Shown here piece after piece: positions 24,886-36,922 of a stretch of 64,000 nucleotides of DNA. The notes under the pieces were generated by a model. That model was given only the letters and a program-made list of their open reading frames with translations. It ran no database searches and had not been told where the DNA came from. The translations under genes were made by a program, and so were the position numbers. The first letter of the stretch is position 1. Each line of letters starts with the position of its first letter. The stretch covers positions 54,748,001 through 54,812,000 of the forward strand of contig CM059438.1 in assembly GCA_030390025.1 (NCBI GenBank). The letters are read 5' to 3'. This stretch comes from Squalus acanthias. Taxonomy: Eukaryota.

Positions 24886-27822
24886 ATGCAGTCAGAAACA
24901 AATGTTAGAAGGGTGAGAAACAATAGGGGAAGGCCGAGTAAACAAAGGCAAGAAACACAAAGGGCCATTCTAAATCATAAGTCTAAAAGGACAAAGGATG
25001 TTAATAAAACAAGCCTAAAGGCTCTGTGTCTTAATGCAAGGAGTATCCGTAATAAGGTGGATGAATTGACTGTGCAAATAGATGTTAACGGATACGATGT
25101 GATTGGGATTACAGAGACGTGGCTCCAGAACAATCAAGGCTGGGAACTGAACATCCAGGGGTATTCAACATTCAGAAAGGATAGAATAAAAGGAAAAGGG
25201 GGTGGGGTAGCATTGCTGGTTAAAGAGGAGATTAATGCAATAGCTAGGAAGGACATCAGCTTGGAGGATGTGGAATCAATATGGGTTGAGCTGCAGAACA
25301 CCAAAGGGCAGAAAACGTTAGTGGGAGTTGTGTACAGACCTCCAAACAGCAGTAGTGAGGTGGGGGAGGGTATGAAACAGGAAATCAGAGGTGCGTGCAA
25401 AAAAGGCACGGCAGTTATCATGGGTGACTTTAATATGCATATAGATTGGGCTACTCAAACTGGAAGCAATACGGTGGAGGAGGATTTCCTGGAGTGTTTA
25501 AGGGATGGTTTCCTAAACCAATATGTTGAGGAACCAACTCGAGGGGAGGCCATCCTGGACTGGGTGTTGTGTAATGAGGAGGGACTAATCAGCAATCTTG
25601 TGGTACGAGGCCCCCTGGGGAAGAGTGACCATAGTATGGTGGAGTTCTACATTAGGATGGAGAAGGAAACAGTTAAGTCAGAGACCATGGTCCAGAACTT
25701 AAATAAGGGCAACTTTGAGGGTATGAGGCGTGAATTGGCGAGGTTAAATTGGCAAGCGATATTTAAGGGGCTATCAGTGGAAGGGCAATGGCAGACATTT
25801 AGAGATCGCATGGATGAACTACAACAATTGTACATCCCGGTCTGGCGTAAAAATAAAAAAGGGAAGGTGGCTCAACCATGGCTAACAAGGGAAATCAGGG
25901 ATAGTATTAAAACCAAGGAAGTTGCATACAAATTGGCCAGAAGTAGCAGCAAACCCGGGGACTGGGAGAACTTCAAAACTCAGCAGAGGAGGACGAAGGG
26001 TTTGATTAGGGCAGGGAAAATAAAATATGAAAGGAAGCTTGCAGAGAACATTAAAATGGACTGCAAAAGCTTCTATAAATATGTAAAAAGAAAGAGGTTA
26101 GTAAAAACAAACGTAGGTCCCCTGCAGTCGGAAACAGGGGAAGTCGTAATGGGGAACAAGGAAATGGCAGATCAATTGAACAAGTACTTTGGTTCGGTGT
26201 TTACTGTGGAGGACACACACAACCTGCCGGAAATAAAAGGGGTCAGAGGATCTGGTAAGAGGGAGGAGCTGAGGGAAATCCTTATTAGTCGGGAAAAGGT
26301 ATTGGGGAAATTGATGGGACTGAAGGCTGAAAAATCCCCGGGGCCTGATGGTCTGCATCCCAGAGTACTTAAGGAGGTGGCCTTGGAAATAGTGGATGCA
26401 TTGACGATCATTTTCCAACATTCCTTAGACTCTGGATCAGTTCCGATGGAGTGGAGGGTGGCCAATGTAACCCCTCTTTTTAAAAAAGGAGGGAGGGAGA
26501 AAGCAGGGAATTATAGACCGGTCAGCCTGACATCGGTCGTGGGTAAAATGATGGAAGCAATTATTAAAGACGTCATAACAGACCATTTGGAAAGTGGCGA
26601 CATGATAGGTCCAAGTCAGCATGGATTTGTGAAAGGGAAATCATGCTTGACAAATCTTCTGGAATTTTTTGAGGATGTTTCCAATAGGGTGGACAGGGGG
26701 GAACCAGTAGATGTGGTGTATTTGGACTTTCAGAAGGCCTTCGACAAGGTCCCACACAAGAGATTGGTGAGCAAAGTTAAAGCACATGGGATTGAGGGTA
26801 ATGTGTTGACGTGGATTGAGAACTGGTTGGCACACAGGAAACAAAGAGTAGGAGTAAATGGGTACTTTTCAGAATGGCAGGCAGTGACCAGCGGGGTACC
26901 GCAGGGTTCGGTGCTGGGACCCCAGCTGTTTACATTATATATTAATGATTTGGACGAAGGGATTAAATGTAATATCTCCAAATTTGCGGATGACACTAAA
27001 TTGGGAGGCAGTGTGAACAATGAGGAGGATGCTAGGAGGCTACAGAGTGACTTGGACAGGTTGGGTGAATGGGCAAATGTATGGCAGATGAAGTACAATG
27101 TGGATAAATGTGAGGTTATCCACTTTGGTGGTAAAAATAGAGAGGCGGACTATTACCTGAATGGTGGCAGATTAGGGAAAGGGGACGTGCAACGAGACCT
27201 GGGCGTCATGGTACATCAGTCACTGAAGGTGGGAATGCAAGTGCAGCAGGCAGTCAAGAAAGCAAACGGAATGATGGCCTTCATAGCAAGGGGATTTGAG
27301 TACAGGAGTAGGGAGGTGATGCTACAGTTGTACAGGGCCTTGGTGAGGCCACACCTGGAGTATTGTGCGCAGTTTTGGTCTCCTAACTTAAGGAAGGACA
27401 TTCTTGCTATTGAGGGAGTGCAGCGAAGGTTCACTAGATTGATTCCTGGGATGGCCGGACTGACATATCAAGAAAGATTGGGTCAACTGAACTTGTATCC
27501 TCTGGAGTTCAGAAGAATGAGGGGGGATCTTATAGAGACATTTAAAATCCTGACTGGTTTAGACAAATTAGATGCGGGCAGAATGTTCCCAATGGTAGGG
27601 AAAACTAGAACCAGGGGTCACAGTCTAAGGATTAAGGGGAAGCCATTTAGGACTGAGCTGAGGAGGAACTTCTTCACCCAGAGAGTGGTGAATCTATGGA
27701 ATTCTCTTCCACAGAAGGTTGTTGAGGCCAGTTCGCTAAATATATTCAAAAGGGAGTTAGATATAACACTCACAACTAAGGGGATCAAGGGGTATGGCGA
27801 GAAAGCAGGAATGGGGTACTGA
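24886..27822 (+). CDS. CR1 ORF2: APE endonuclease + reverse transcriptase, uninterrupted
   Basis: [54 protein letters not shown]. Confidence 0.96.
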   Translation: MQSETNVRRVRNNRGRPSKQRQETQRAILNHKSKRTKDVNKTSLKALCLNARSIRNKVDELTVQIDVNGYDVIGITETWLQNNQGWELNIQGYSTFRKDRIKGKGGGVALLVKEEINAIARKDISLEDVESIWVELQNTKGQKTLVGVVYRPPNSSSEVGEGMKQEIRGACKKGTAVIMGDFNMHIDWATQTGSNTVEEDFLECLRDGFLNQYVEEPTRGEAILDWVLCNEEGLISNLVVRGPLGKSDHSMVEFYIRMEKETVKSETMVQNLNKGNFEGMRRELARLNWQAIFKGLSVEGQWQTFRDRMDELQQLYIPVWRKNKKGKVAQPWLTREIRDSIKTKEVAYKLARSSSKPGDWENFKTQQRRTKGLIRAGKIKYERKLAENIKMDCKSFYKYVKRKRLVKTNVGPLQSETGEVVMGNKEMADQLNKYFGSVFTVEDTHNLPEIKGVRGSGKREELREILISREKVLGKLMGLKAEKSPGPDGLHPRVLKEVALEIVDALTIIFQHSLDSGSVPMEWRVANVTPLFKKGGREKAGNYRPVSLTSVVGKMMEAIIKDVITDHLESGDMIGPSQHGFVKGKSCLTNLLEFFEDVSNRVDRGEPVDVVYLDFQKAFDKVPHKRLVSKVKAHGIEGNVLTWIENWLAHRKQRVGVNGYFSEWQAVTSGVPQGSVLGPQLFTLYINDLDEGIKCNISKFADDTKLGGSVNNEEDARRLQSDLDRLGEWANVWQMKYNVDKCEVIHFGGKNREADYYLNGGRLGKGDVQRDLGVMVHQSLKVGMQVQQAVKKANGMMAFIARGFEYRSREVMLQLYRALVRPHLEYCAQFWSPNLRKDILAIEGVQRRFTRLIPGMAGLTYQERLGQLNLYPLEFRRMRGDLIETFKILTGLDKLDAGRMFPMVGKTRTRGHSLRIKGKPFRTELRRNFFTQRVVNLWNSLPQKVVEASSLNIFKRELDITLTTKGIKGYGEKAGMGY

Positions 27823-28139
27823 GGTAGCATGTTCAGCCATGAACGCATTGAATGGCGGTGCAGGCTCGAAGGACCGAATGGTCTACTCCTGTACCTATTT
27901 TCTATGTTTCTATGTTTCTATGTTATCGGGTTTCCCAGGCCTCGGGGAACCCTCCAGCTAAAGGGAGGCAAGGACTGCTGGATCGAGAAGGTAAGTGCCT
28001 TTCCATTTACCTGCTGGATCCAGCGTCCCTGCCTCGCTAACCCACCTCGGACACCACCCCCCCACCCCCCACTGACCCTTCCGATCTGCCCCCCGAGGCC
28101 TCCCACCCACCCCAACAAGGCCTCCGATCTCCGATTCAA

Positions 28140-28400
28140 CCCCCACCCCCCCCGTCCCCGAACCCCTCCAGCCCCCGATCCCCCTCCAGCCTTCCGACCA
28201 CCCCCCTCCAGCCCCCGATCCCCCTCCGGCCTTCCGACCACCCCCCTCCGGCCCCCGATCTCCCTCTGGCCTTCCGACCGACCCCCTCTGGCCCCCGATC
28301 CCCCTCCGGCCTTCTGACCGCGATCACTGTCCAGCCCCTGATCCCCTTCCGACCTCCCCCCTCCGGCCCCCGATCAGCCTCTGGCCTTCCAACCCCCCTC
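28140..28400. repeat. C-rich degenerate tandem repeat within MITE
   Basis: Recurrent CCCCCGATCCCCCTCCGGCCTTCCGACC-like units. Confidence 0.75.
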
Positions 28401-28404
28401 CTCC

Positions 28405-30072
28405 ATACTTCCGATGGATAATCAAGGGGCTATTGGGGTGGCAGGGGGGACTTAAAACAATCACCATCACTAGAGAAAAAGTACAAGGCAAACTAATAGG
28501 ACTAAAGGTGGACAAGTCCCCTGGACCCGATGGCCTGCATCCTAGGGTCTTAAAAGAGGTGGCTGCAGAGATAGTGGATGCATCTACCAAAATTCCCTGG
28601 ATTCTGGAGAGGTCAGGAAAACCGCAAAAGTAACGCCCCTATTTAAGAAAGGAGGTAGACAGAAAGCAGGCAACTATAGATCAGTTAGCCTAACATCTGT
28701 CATTGGGAAAATGCCGGAGTCCTTCATTAAGGAAGTGGTAGCAGGTCATTTAGAAAATCATAATATAGTCAAGCAGAGTCAGCATGGTTTTATGAAAGGG
28801 AAATCATGTTTGACAAATTTGCTGGAGTTCTTTGAGGATGTAACGAGCAGGGTGGATAAAGAGGAACCAGTAGATGTTGTGTATTTGGATTTCCAGAAGG
28901 CATTCAATAAGGTGCCACATAAAAGGTTACTGCACAAGATAAGAGCTCACGGGGTTGGGGGTAATATATTAGCATGGATAGAGGATTGGCTCACTAACAG
29001 AAAACAGAGTCGGGATAAATGGGTCATTTTCAGGTTGGCAAACTATAACTAGTGGGGTGCCGCAGGGATCAGTGCTGGGGCCTCAACTATTTACAATCTA
29101 TATTAATGACTTGGATGAAGGGACTGAACCAAATTTGCTGATGAGACAAAGATAGGTGGGAAAGCAAATTGTGTGGAGGATGCAAAGAATCTCCAAAGGG
29201 ATATAGATAGGCTAAGTGAATGGGCAAAAATCTGGCAGATGGAGTATAATGTGGGAAAATACGAGGTTATCCACTTTGGTAGGAAAAATAAAAAAGCAAA
29301 TTATTATTTAAATTGGGAGAGATTACAAAATGCTGAGGTACAGAGGGACCTGGGGGTCCTTGTACATGAATCACAAAAAGTTAGCATGCAGGTACAGCAA
29401 GTAATTAGGAAGGCAAATGGAATGTTGGCCTTTATTGCAAAGGGAATGGAGTATAAAAGTGGGGAAGTCCTGTTACAACTGTACAGGGCGTTGGTGAGAC
29501 CACACCTGGAATACTGCGTACAGTTTTGGTCTCCTTATTTAAGGAAGGATATACTTGCATTGGAGGCAGTTCAGAGAAGGTTCACTAGGTTGATTCCTGG
29601 GATGAAGGAGTTGTCTTATGAAGAAAGGTTGAGCAGGTTGGGCCTATACTCATTGGAGTTTAGAAGAATGAGAGGGGATCTTATTGAAACATATAAGATT
29701 CTGAGGGGGCTTGACAGGGTGGATGCAGAGAGGATGTTTCCCCTCGTGGGGGAATCTAGAACTAGGGGGCATGATTTCAGAATAAGGGGGCACCCATTTA
29801 AAACGGAAATGAGGAGGAATTTCTTCTCTCAGAGGGTCATGAATCTTTGTAATTCTCTTCCCCAGAGAGCTGTGGAGGCTGGGTCATTGATTATATTTAA
29901 GGTGGAGATGGACAGATTTTTGAACTTATAGAGGAGTCAAGGGTTATGGGGAGCGGGCAGGAAAGTGGAGTTGAGGCCAAGATCAGATCAGCCATGATCT
30001 TATTGAATGGTGGAGCAGGCTCGAGGGGCCAAATGACCTATTCCTGCTCCTACATCTTATGTTCTTATGTTC
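28405..30072 (+). mobile_element. CR1 LINE, 5'-truncated, disrupted
   Basis: RT fragments 28433-29931; TTCTTATG tail. Confidence 0.94.
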
Positions 30073-30564
30073 AGAGGGGGAAAAATTCAGTTGGTTAGCG
30101 CCTCCTGCTAGCGCCTCTGGGTGGCGCTAATGGGGCACTAGCAACTTAGCGCCCGAGCGCAGCGATTTTAGCACCGCTCGCGAAATTGACCTGTCATTTT
30201 GCGGTGGCGCTAAACACTACCACCACGATCTCCTGCGCCCGTAGATCGTGACGTCAGTCGAGCGTGCAATGCCCCGGTAGCGCCCCGGACTGGATATTGA
30301 GTCGTGCCCCCTGCCTTAGCGCCTGTCGCTAGGAACGACAGGTAGAGGGGGACGTTTTCAAGTTGGGAAGGATCTGGGGGAGCGCTATTTAAAGGCGGGC
30401 GCTTCCTGCTTTTTCTTGTCGGCAAAATTTTTGGTAAACGCAGGTTGAGAGGGAGAGAGACATCTGGAGAGATTTAACGCTGTCCTAAGGAGTTTTGGTA
30501 CTCAGCACCACTTTTCAGGTTCCTATTTATCTGAGCTTCATATTTAGCACGTTTAGAAGATTTT

Positions 30565-31720
30565 ATGGGGGCTCGACGAACTTGGGGCATATTCCTCCAG
30601 CTTCACCTTCAGAGGCAGCAGAGGCGCAGAGAGAGTTGGCAAACGTGGCCAGAGGGAGGAGGGCCAACAGGCCTCTGCACAGGAGACCTTACTCTCCCAG
30701 GGTATTCAGGGAGCAGTTCTCATACCTTCATTTGTCTGAGGAGCAGTGTTTCAGAAGGCTGTGCTTCAGCAAGGAGGTGGTCACGGAGATCTGCCACCTC
30801 AGCTGAGGACCAGGACGTCTCTGTCGCTGGCAGTGAAGGTGACGGTGGCTCTGAATTTCTATGCCAGCAGCTCCTTCCAGGCTTCAACTGGGGACATAGC
30901 GAATATCTCCCAGTTCGCTGTCCATTGCTGCATCCGGGAGGTGACATATGCTCTGTACAAAAGGAGAAGGCAGTACATCTCTTTCCCCATGACCCGGGAC
31001 AAACAGCGCGAATGTGCATGTGGCTTTGCTAGGATAGCGGGCTTCCCCATGGTTCACGGCACCATTGACTGCACGCATGTGGCATTGCGGGCACCTCATG
31101 AGAATGCAGAGCTGTTCTGAAACTGCAAGGGCTTCCACTCTCTGAATGTCCAGTTGGTGTGTGACCACAGACAGCGCATCCTTACCGTCAATGCCCACTA
31201 TCCTGGCAGCAGCCACGTTGCTTTTATCCTGCGCCAGACTGGTGTCCCAGACCTCTTCCAACCACCGTGTCAACCTAGTGGATGGCTCCTCGGGGACAAG
31301 GGTTATCCACTCTGCACCTGGCTGATGACACCGCTCCGTAACCCCAGCACTCCTGCTGAGCTGCAATACAATGATAGCCACAGCGCCACCAGGAACCTCA
31401 CTGAACAGACGATCGGCGTCTTGAAATAATGGTTCCAGTGTCTTGACCACTCTGGGGGAGCCCTGCAGTATTCTCCCGAGCGAGTATCGCTTTTCATTGT
31501 TGTGTGCTGCATGCTTCACAACTTCGCAATTCTGAGGACACAGCCATTGCCACCAGGGATTGGTGCACCACCTCAGGAGGAGGAAGAGGGAGAGGAGGAG
31601 GAGGAGGAGGCGGAGGAAGAGGATGAAGAGGAGGATCAGCAGCACCAACGTGGGAGGGAGGCGTACAATGTTGCCACTGCAAGGGCCATCCGTGAACGCC
31701 TGATAAGATACCGCTTCTAA
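30565..31720 (+). pseudogene. Harbinger DDE transposase, frameshifted with stops
   Basis: [17 protein letters not shown] (conserved D changed to V), [23 protein letters not shown], acidic tail. Confidence 0.92.
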
Positions 31721-32027
31721 CCAATGACAGAGAAGATGGCTTCTGGGATGAAGAAGCACATCATCACAAGCATCCCGCAGCCCCTATTACCGAGCAAAGC
31801 TGCAATGAGTCAAATGAGCAAAGATGTAAAGTAACAATAATTTTTTAATTTATATTACAAACTGTGTCTTATTTATTCAGGACAAACAATTAGAAACAAA
31901 CCCAACAATTCATAAACTAACAAAACTCATTCTCACAACATTGAGATAAGCATCAAAACAGTAAACAAATATAATAAGATGAACATCAAACTTTCCCACA
32001 AACATTCCCCCCATTTATTAATAAATT

Positions 32028-33633
32028 CTACTGTTTGCCCTTTGAGGGTGATCTCCCTCCCCTGCGCACTTCCCCCCTTCCCACCCTACTGCTCCTCCGT
32101 ATTATGGCCCAAGTGGCTGCAGCAAGGCTGGTGGAAGGCTGTTGAATCTTGGATCCAGAGACTGCAGATGGCCTTGCAGGACGCCCTTGACCAGCTCTGG
32201 GCCTGGAGGGCCCGGCTGCAGACTGCACCAACTCTGCATGGGCAGCAGCAGTCTGGGCTGGCTGGGTTACAGGCTGTGCCAAGTGCAATGGCGGAGTGGC
32301 AGTGGTGGGAGCAGGAATGCTGTCATCCGGAGAGAGGACAGCACCTTCCTGCTCGACCGACACACTGCCACTCCCCCAGGGCAGAACCTCAGCATACGGA
32401 GCAATCTGCTCGAGCACAGATTGCTGGCCTGCTGCGGCACCGTGAGATCCCCGGTGGACTGTGGGCAACCCAGTGACATCAATCTGAGACTGCATGAGAG
32501 CAGTCTGAGACTGGATGGCACCAGCCAATGACTCGATTCCAGCACTAAGCCGTTGCGTTGCGTTGGCCTGTGCTGCAATGGATCCTGCCACCTCACCCAT
32601 TACATGCGGCATGGGCTCTGGGTCCCCACGGTCTCTCTGCAAGTCAACCATCCTCTTCAATGAGGCAAGGATGGGCTCGAGGGTTTGCGCACAGATGACA
32701 GCTGTGCTGGCGGCAGACTCCTCCACACTCCTAGCCAGTGCATCCATGCTGTCGGGCACCCTTGCCATGGCACCCATGAGTTCAGTGTGCATGTTCAAGG
32801 CCTGTGAATTCATGGCCGCGATGTCGTTGTCCTCATCCGAGTCCTGTGCAGCAGAACTCGTGCGCGCACTCACCCTGATGGTCCCCGAGCTTCCCTTCCT
32901 CCATGGCGTTGCTACAGCCTGCTGGGTCCAGGAGCTTCACCCACATCAAATCCAAACCCCCTACTTCCCTCCAGGGAACACGTGGCCCCAGTGTCAGAAG
33001 TGTCACCCTCGGGAGACGCAGGCGGTGAGGCTCCGGCTTCCTCTTCCTCCTCCTCTGGCACGTTGCTGCCACTGGGAGGCTGAGCGACAGGCTGGTCAGC
33101 TGGTGGTTCACTATCTGAAAGCAGGAAGGCACAAGAGTGGCTTTAACGTGAAGGCAGGGGGGCAGGAAGGGAGCAAGGACTGGAGACAGTTAGTTAGATT
33201 GAAAGTGTAAAAGGCTGGTGTTGTGAGGGGGAAGTGGTATGAGAGAGGAGAGAAAGCCGATGAGCATACCATTGCTGTTCCCAAGGGGGCCGACCTCTCT
33301 ACCGGCCATAGTTGTTGGATGAGTGTTGGGCATTTGGGTATTTACAGAGTGAGGTTGAGATGGTGGATGTAGAGGTATTGAAAAGCAGGTACTCACCCTG
33401 ACCACCCGAGTGAGGTCGTTGAACTTCTTCCGACACTGAGTATGTGTCCTTGGCACCAGGCTCCTTGATGACACATGCTGGGCCACCTCCCTCCACACTC
33501 TTCGAAACTCCCGGGGCAATGGTCTCCTGCCACTCTTTGGGAAGAGCACTGCCCGTCTCCGTTCAACAGTGCCAACCAGAGCCACTAATGCCTGGTCGCT
33601 AAAGCGCCAAGCTCTCTCCCTGGGCCTATCCAT
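32028..33633 (-). pseudogene. Harbinger Myb/SANT-like gene (spliced; most of exon 2 deleted)
   Basis: MDRPRERAWRFSDQALVALV...VWREVAQHV...RTHTQCRKKFNDLTRVVR|GTGAG; Ala-rich last exon ORF 32028-32873. Confidence 0.85.
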
Positions 33634-34475
33634 CACTACTTTAAGCACAATGGTGGTTAGGTGTTTGCAGGCTGAGATTCAACACTGCAATGAGCAGGGT
33701 GCGGCTGGGCAGCAAGATGGCCCCTCCCCTTTCAGAACTGACCGTCGCCAGTCTGTCTGAGTTCCATGGTAACTGACATCGCCTGAGCTTCGGTAGCGTT
33801 CTGAGGTAGCGCCTCACTCCCCGACGTTAGCGCCTTAAGAGAGGTGTGTAGCATCTGATTTAGCGCTCAAATCACCTCCAGGGGCGATGGAGGTGAATTT
33901 TGCGGTCGGCGGCGATAATTAGTGCTGGGCGCTAAACTTTGCGCCCAGCCGATATTAGCGCCCCAAATGGGGCGATACCGAATTTTTCCCCCATAGTGTC
34001 TAAAGTACTCCATTTTTATATCGGGCATAAACAGCTGTTCTTATTCACACCTCATTAAGCTGCACTGAATGCAAGAACAAAGATAAGTAAATAACACCTT
34101 GTAGAGGGGCACTAAATGTAATAAAAGAGCCTTATTGAAGCAGACTTCATTTTAATAATTTATATCTTCGGATGAGAATCCTTCACCAAAACCTGCATGA
34201 CTTTGCAGGAGATTTCCCCCATTAAGGACTGACTAAAGCAAAGAGAGATCTCTTTTACCTTTCTAATGAATTTGTGCTTACAGTACATCAGCTGTAATAA
34301 TTTGCCAGCTCTGAGAGCTGCCCGGTAACATCACTTGTTGAGCAACTTCTCAGTTTCAAGTTCAGCCACCAAGCGGAGTAACACGTCCTACAGGAGTCCT
34401 GTCCGAGACAGAGTAACAGTCTTTAATTTCAGACATTTAACAGGGCTGAAGCCCACATAAGGCTTGTTTAACTTT

Positions 34476-34790
34476 GTGTCAGCTGTGGCTCAGTTGGTAG
34501 CACACTCACCTCTGAAGGTTGTGGGTTCATGTCCCACTCTAGGGACTTGAGCACATAAAGCTAGGCGGACACTGCAGTGCAGTGCTGTACTGTCGGAGAT
34601 GCCAATATTTATCCCTCAACCAACATAACAAAAACAGATTATCTGGTCATTATCACATTGCTGGTTGTGGGAGTTTGCTGTGTGTGAATTGGCTGCCATG
34701 TTTCCCACATTACAACAGCGACTCCACTTCAAAAAGTATGTCATTGGCTGTAAAGTGCTTTGAACGCTATATAAAAGCAAGTTTTTCTTT
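34476..34790 (+). mobile_element. tRNA-derived SINE with L2-like tail (internally deleted)
   Basis: A-box TGGCTCAGTTGG, B-box GGGTTCATGTCC, tail gctatataaaagcaag. Confidence 0.8.
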
Positions 34791-35061
34791 AAACTGAGCC
34801 CTGCATCGCAGCAAACACTTCGGGAGCCAAGCAACAGAAAGCTTAAAATCTACAAATCAACCCTGTCCTCTCTCTGGCAGTCTTTAAAGCTGGAAAACGT
34901 CAAATTCTGCTCAGCACAGGAGCCACTCAACTATTAACGCTACCCTGATATACCGGCCATCGTGTATAGTGGGCAAATCGCGCTCGCTGTAAGGATTTTA
35001 TTTCAACACCATTCATGGAGTATGTATGTCGTCTAGATTTCCTTACTATGTGCAACACCTT

Positions 35062-36922
35062 GAAAGAAAGAAAGACTTGCATTTATATAGCGCCTTTCAC
35101 GACCACCGGACGTCTCAAAGCTCTTCACAGCCAAGGAAGTACTTTTGGAGTGTAGTCACTGTTGTAATGTGGGAAACGCAGCAGCCAACTTGCAGCAAGC
35201 TCCGAAAGTAATGTGATAATGACAAGATAATCTGTTTTTGTTATAAGAACATAAGAACATAAGAAATAGGAGCAGGAGTAGACCAATCGGCCCCTCGAGC
35301 CTGCTCCGCCATTCAATGAGATCATGGCTGATCTGATCCAACCTCAACTCTAAAGAACACAAGAAGTAGGAGCAGGACCAGGCCACTCGGCCCCTGGGCC
35401 CGCTCCGCCACCCACAGGGCCTTGACCGATCCGAACTCAAACTCATGTCCAATTTCCAGCCCGCTCCCCGTAACCCCTGATTCCCTTTACTTCTAGGAAA
35501 CGGTCTATTCTGGTTTTAAATTTATTTAATGAAGTAGCTTCCACAGCTTCCTGGGGTAGCAAATTCCACAGACCCACTACCCTCTGAGTGAAAAAGTTTC
35601 TCCTCATCTCAGTTTTGAAAGAGGAGCCCCTTATTCTAAGATTATGTCCCCTAGTTCTAGTTTCACCCATCATTGGGAACATCCTCACCGCGTCCACCCG
35701 ATCAAGCCCCTTCACAATCTTATATGTTTCAATAAGATCGCCTCTCATTCTTCTGAACTCCAATGAGTAGAGTCCCAATCTACTCAACCTCTCCTCGTAT
35801 GTCCACCCCCTCATCCCCGGAATTAACCGAGTGAACCTTCTTTGAACTGCCTCGAGAGCAAGTATGTCTTTTCTTAAGTATGGACACCAAAACTGTATGC
35901 AGTACTCCAGGTGCGGTCTCACCAATACCTTATATAACTGCAGCAATACCTCCCTGTTTTTATATTCTATCCCCCTAGCAATAAAAGCCAACATTCCATT
36001 GGCTTTCTTGATCACCTGCTACACCTGCATCCTAACTTTTTGATTTTCTTGCACCAAGACCCCCAGATCCCTTTGTACTGCAGTACTTTCCAGTTTCTCG
36101 CCATTAAGATAATAACTTGCTCTCTGATTTTTCCTGCCAAAGTGCATAACCTCACATTTTCCAATATTGTATTGCATCTGCCAAATCTCTGCCCACTCAC
36201 CCAGCCTGTCTATATCCCCTTGTAGGTTTTTATGTCCTCCTCACTCTCTACTTTCCCTCCCATCTTTGTATCATCTGCAAACTTTGATATGTTACACTCG
36301 GTCCCCTCCTCCAAATCGTTAATGTAGATTGTAAAGAGTTGGGGACCCAGCACCGACCCCTGCGGAACACCACTGGCTACTGGTTGCCAGTCTGAGAATG
36401 AACCATTTATCCCAACTCTCTGCTTCCTGTTAGATAACCAATCCTCCACCCATGCCAGAATATTACCCCCAATCCAGTGATTTTTTATCTTGAGTAATAA
36501 TCTTTTATGTGGCACCTTGTCGAATGCCTTCTGGAAGTCTAAATACACTACATCCACTGGTTCCCCTTTATCCACCCTGTACGTTATGTCCTCAAAGAAC
36601 TCGAGCAAATTTGTCAGACATGACTTCCCTTTCATAAAGCCATTATGTTGGTTAAGGGATAAATATTGGCCAGGACACCGGAGATAACTCCCCTACTCTT
36701 CTTCGAAATAGTGCCATGGGGTCTTTACGTCCACCTGAGAGAGCAGATGGGGCCTCGGTTTAACGTCTCATCTGAAAGACTGCACCTCCAACAGTGCAGC
36801 ACTCCCTCAGCACTGCACTGGACTGTCAGCCTAGCTTTATATGCTCAAGTCCCTGGAGTGGGACTTGAACCCACAACCTTCTGATTCAGAGGCAAGTGTG
36901 CTGCCAACTGAGTCACAGCTGA
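35062..36922 (-). mobile_element. Same SINE family, split by CR1 35243-36643
   Basis: Tail 35062-35242, body and tRNA-like head 36644-36922. Confidence 0.8.
35243..36643 (-). mobile_element. CR1 LINE, 5'-truncated, double-tail subfamily
   Basis: RT ORFs 35443-36635(-); nearly the same sequence as 56478-58086. Confidence 0.95.

Larger units (their letters stand above)
24560..27925 (+). mobile_element. CR1 LINE with ORF1 3' half and intact ORF2
   Basis: ORF1 C-terminus, 978-aa ORF2, (TTTCTATG)n tail; inserted in a MITE (24443-24560 plus 27926-28400). Confidence 0.97.
30076..33992 (+). mobile_element. Harbinger DNA transposon copy 1 (convergent transposase and Myb/SANT genes)
   Basis: Perfect 13-bp TIR GGGGGAAAAATTC / GAATTTTTCCCCC; flanks AGA/ATA (imperfect 3-bp TSD). 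Confidence 0.92.

Noticed and set aside
30884..31759. 291-aa minus-strand ORF and similar antisense ORFs over CR1/L2
   Set aside because: Shadow frames opposite transposase or RT coding sequence.
34476..34545. tRNA genes (also 36850-36922, 47975-48040, 53730-53806)
   Set aside because: A/B boxes only, no full cloverleaf, and contiguous with SINE/LINE bodies.
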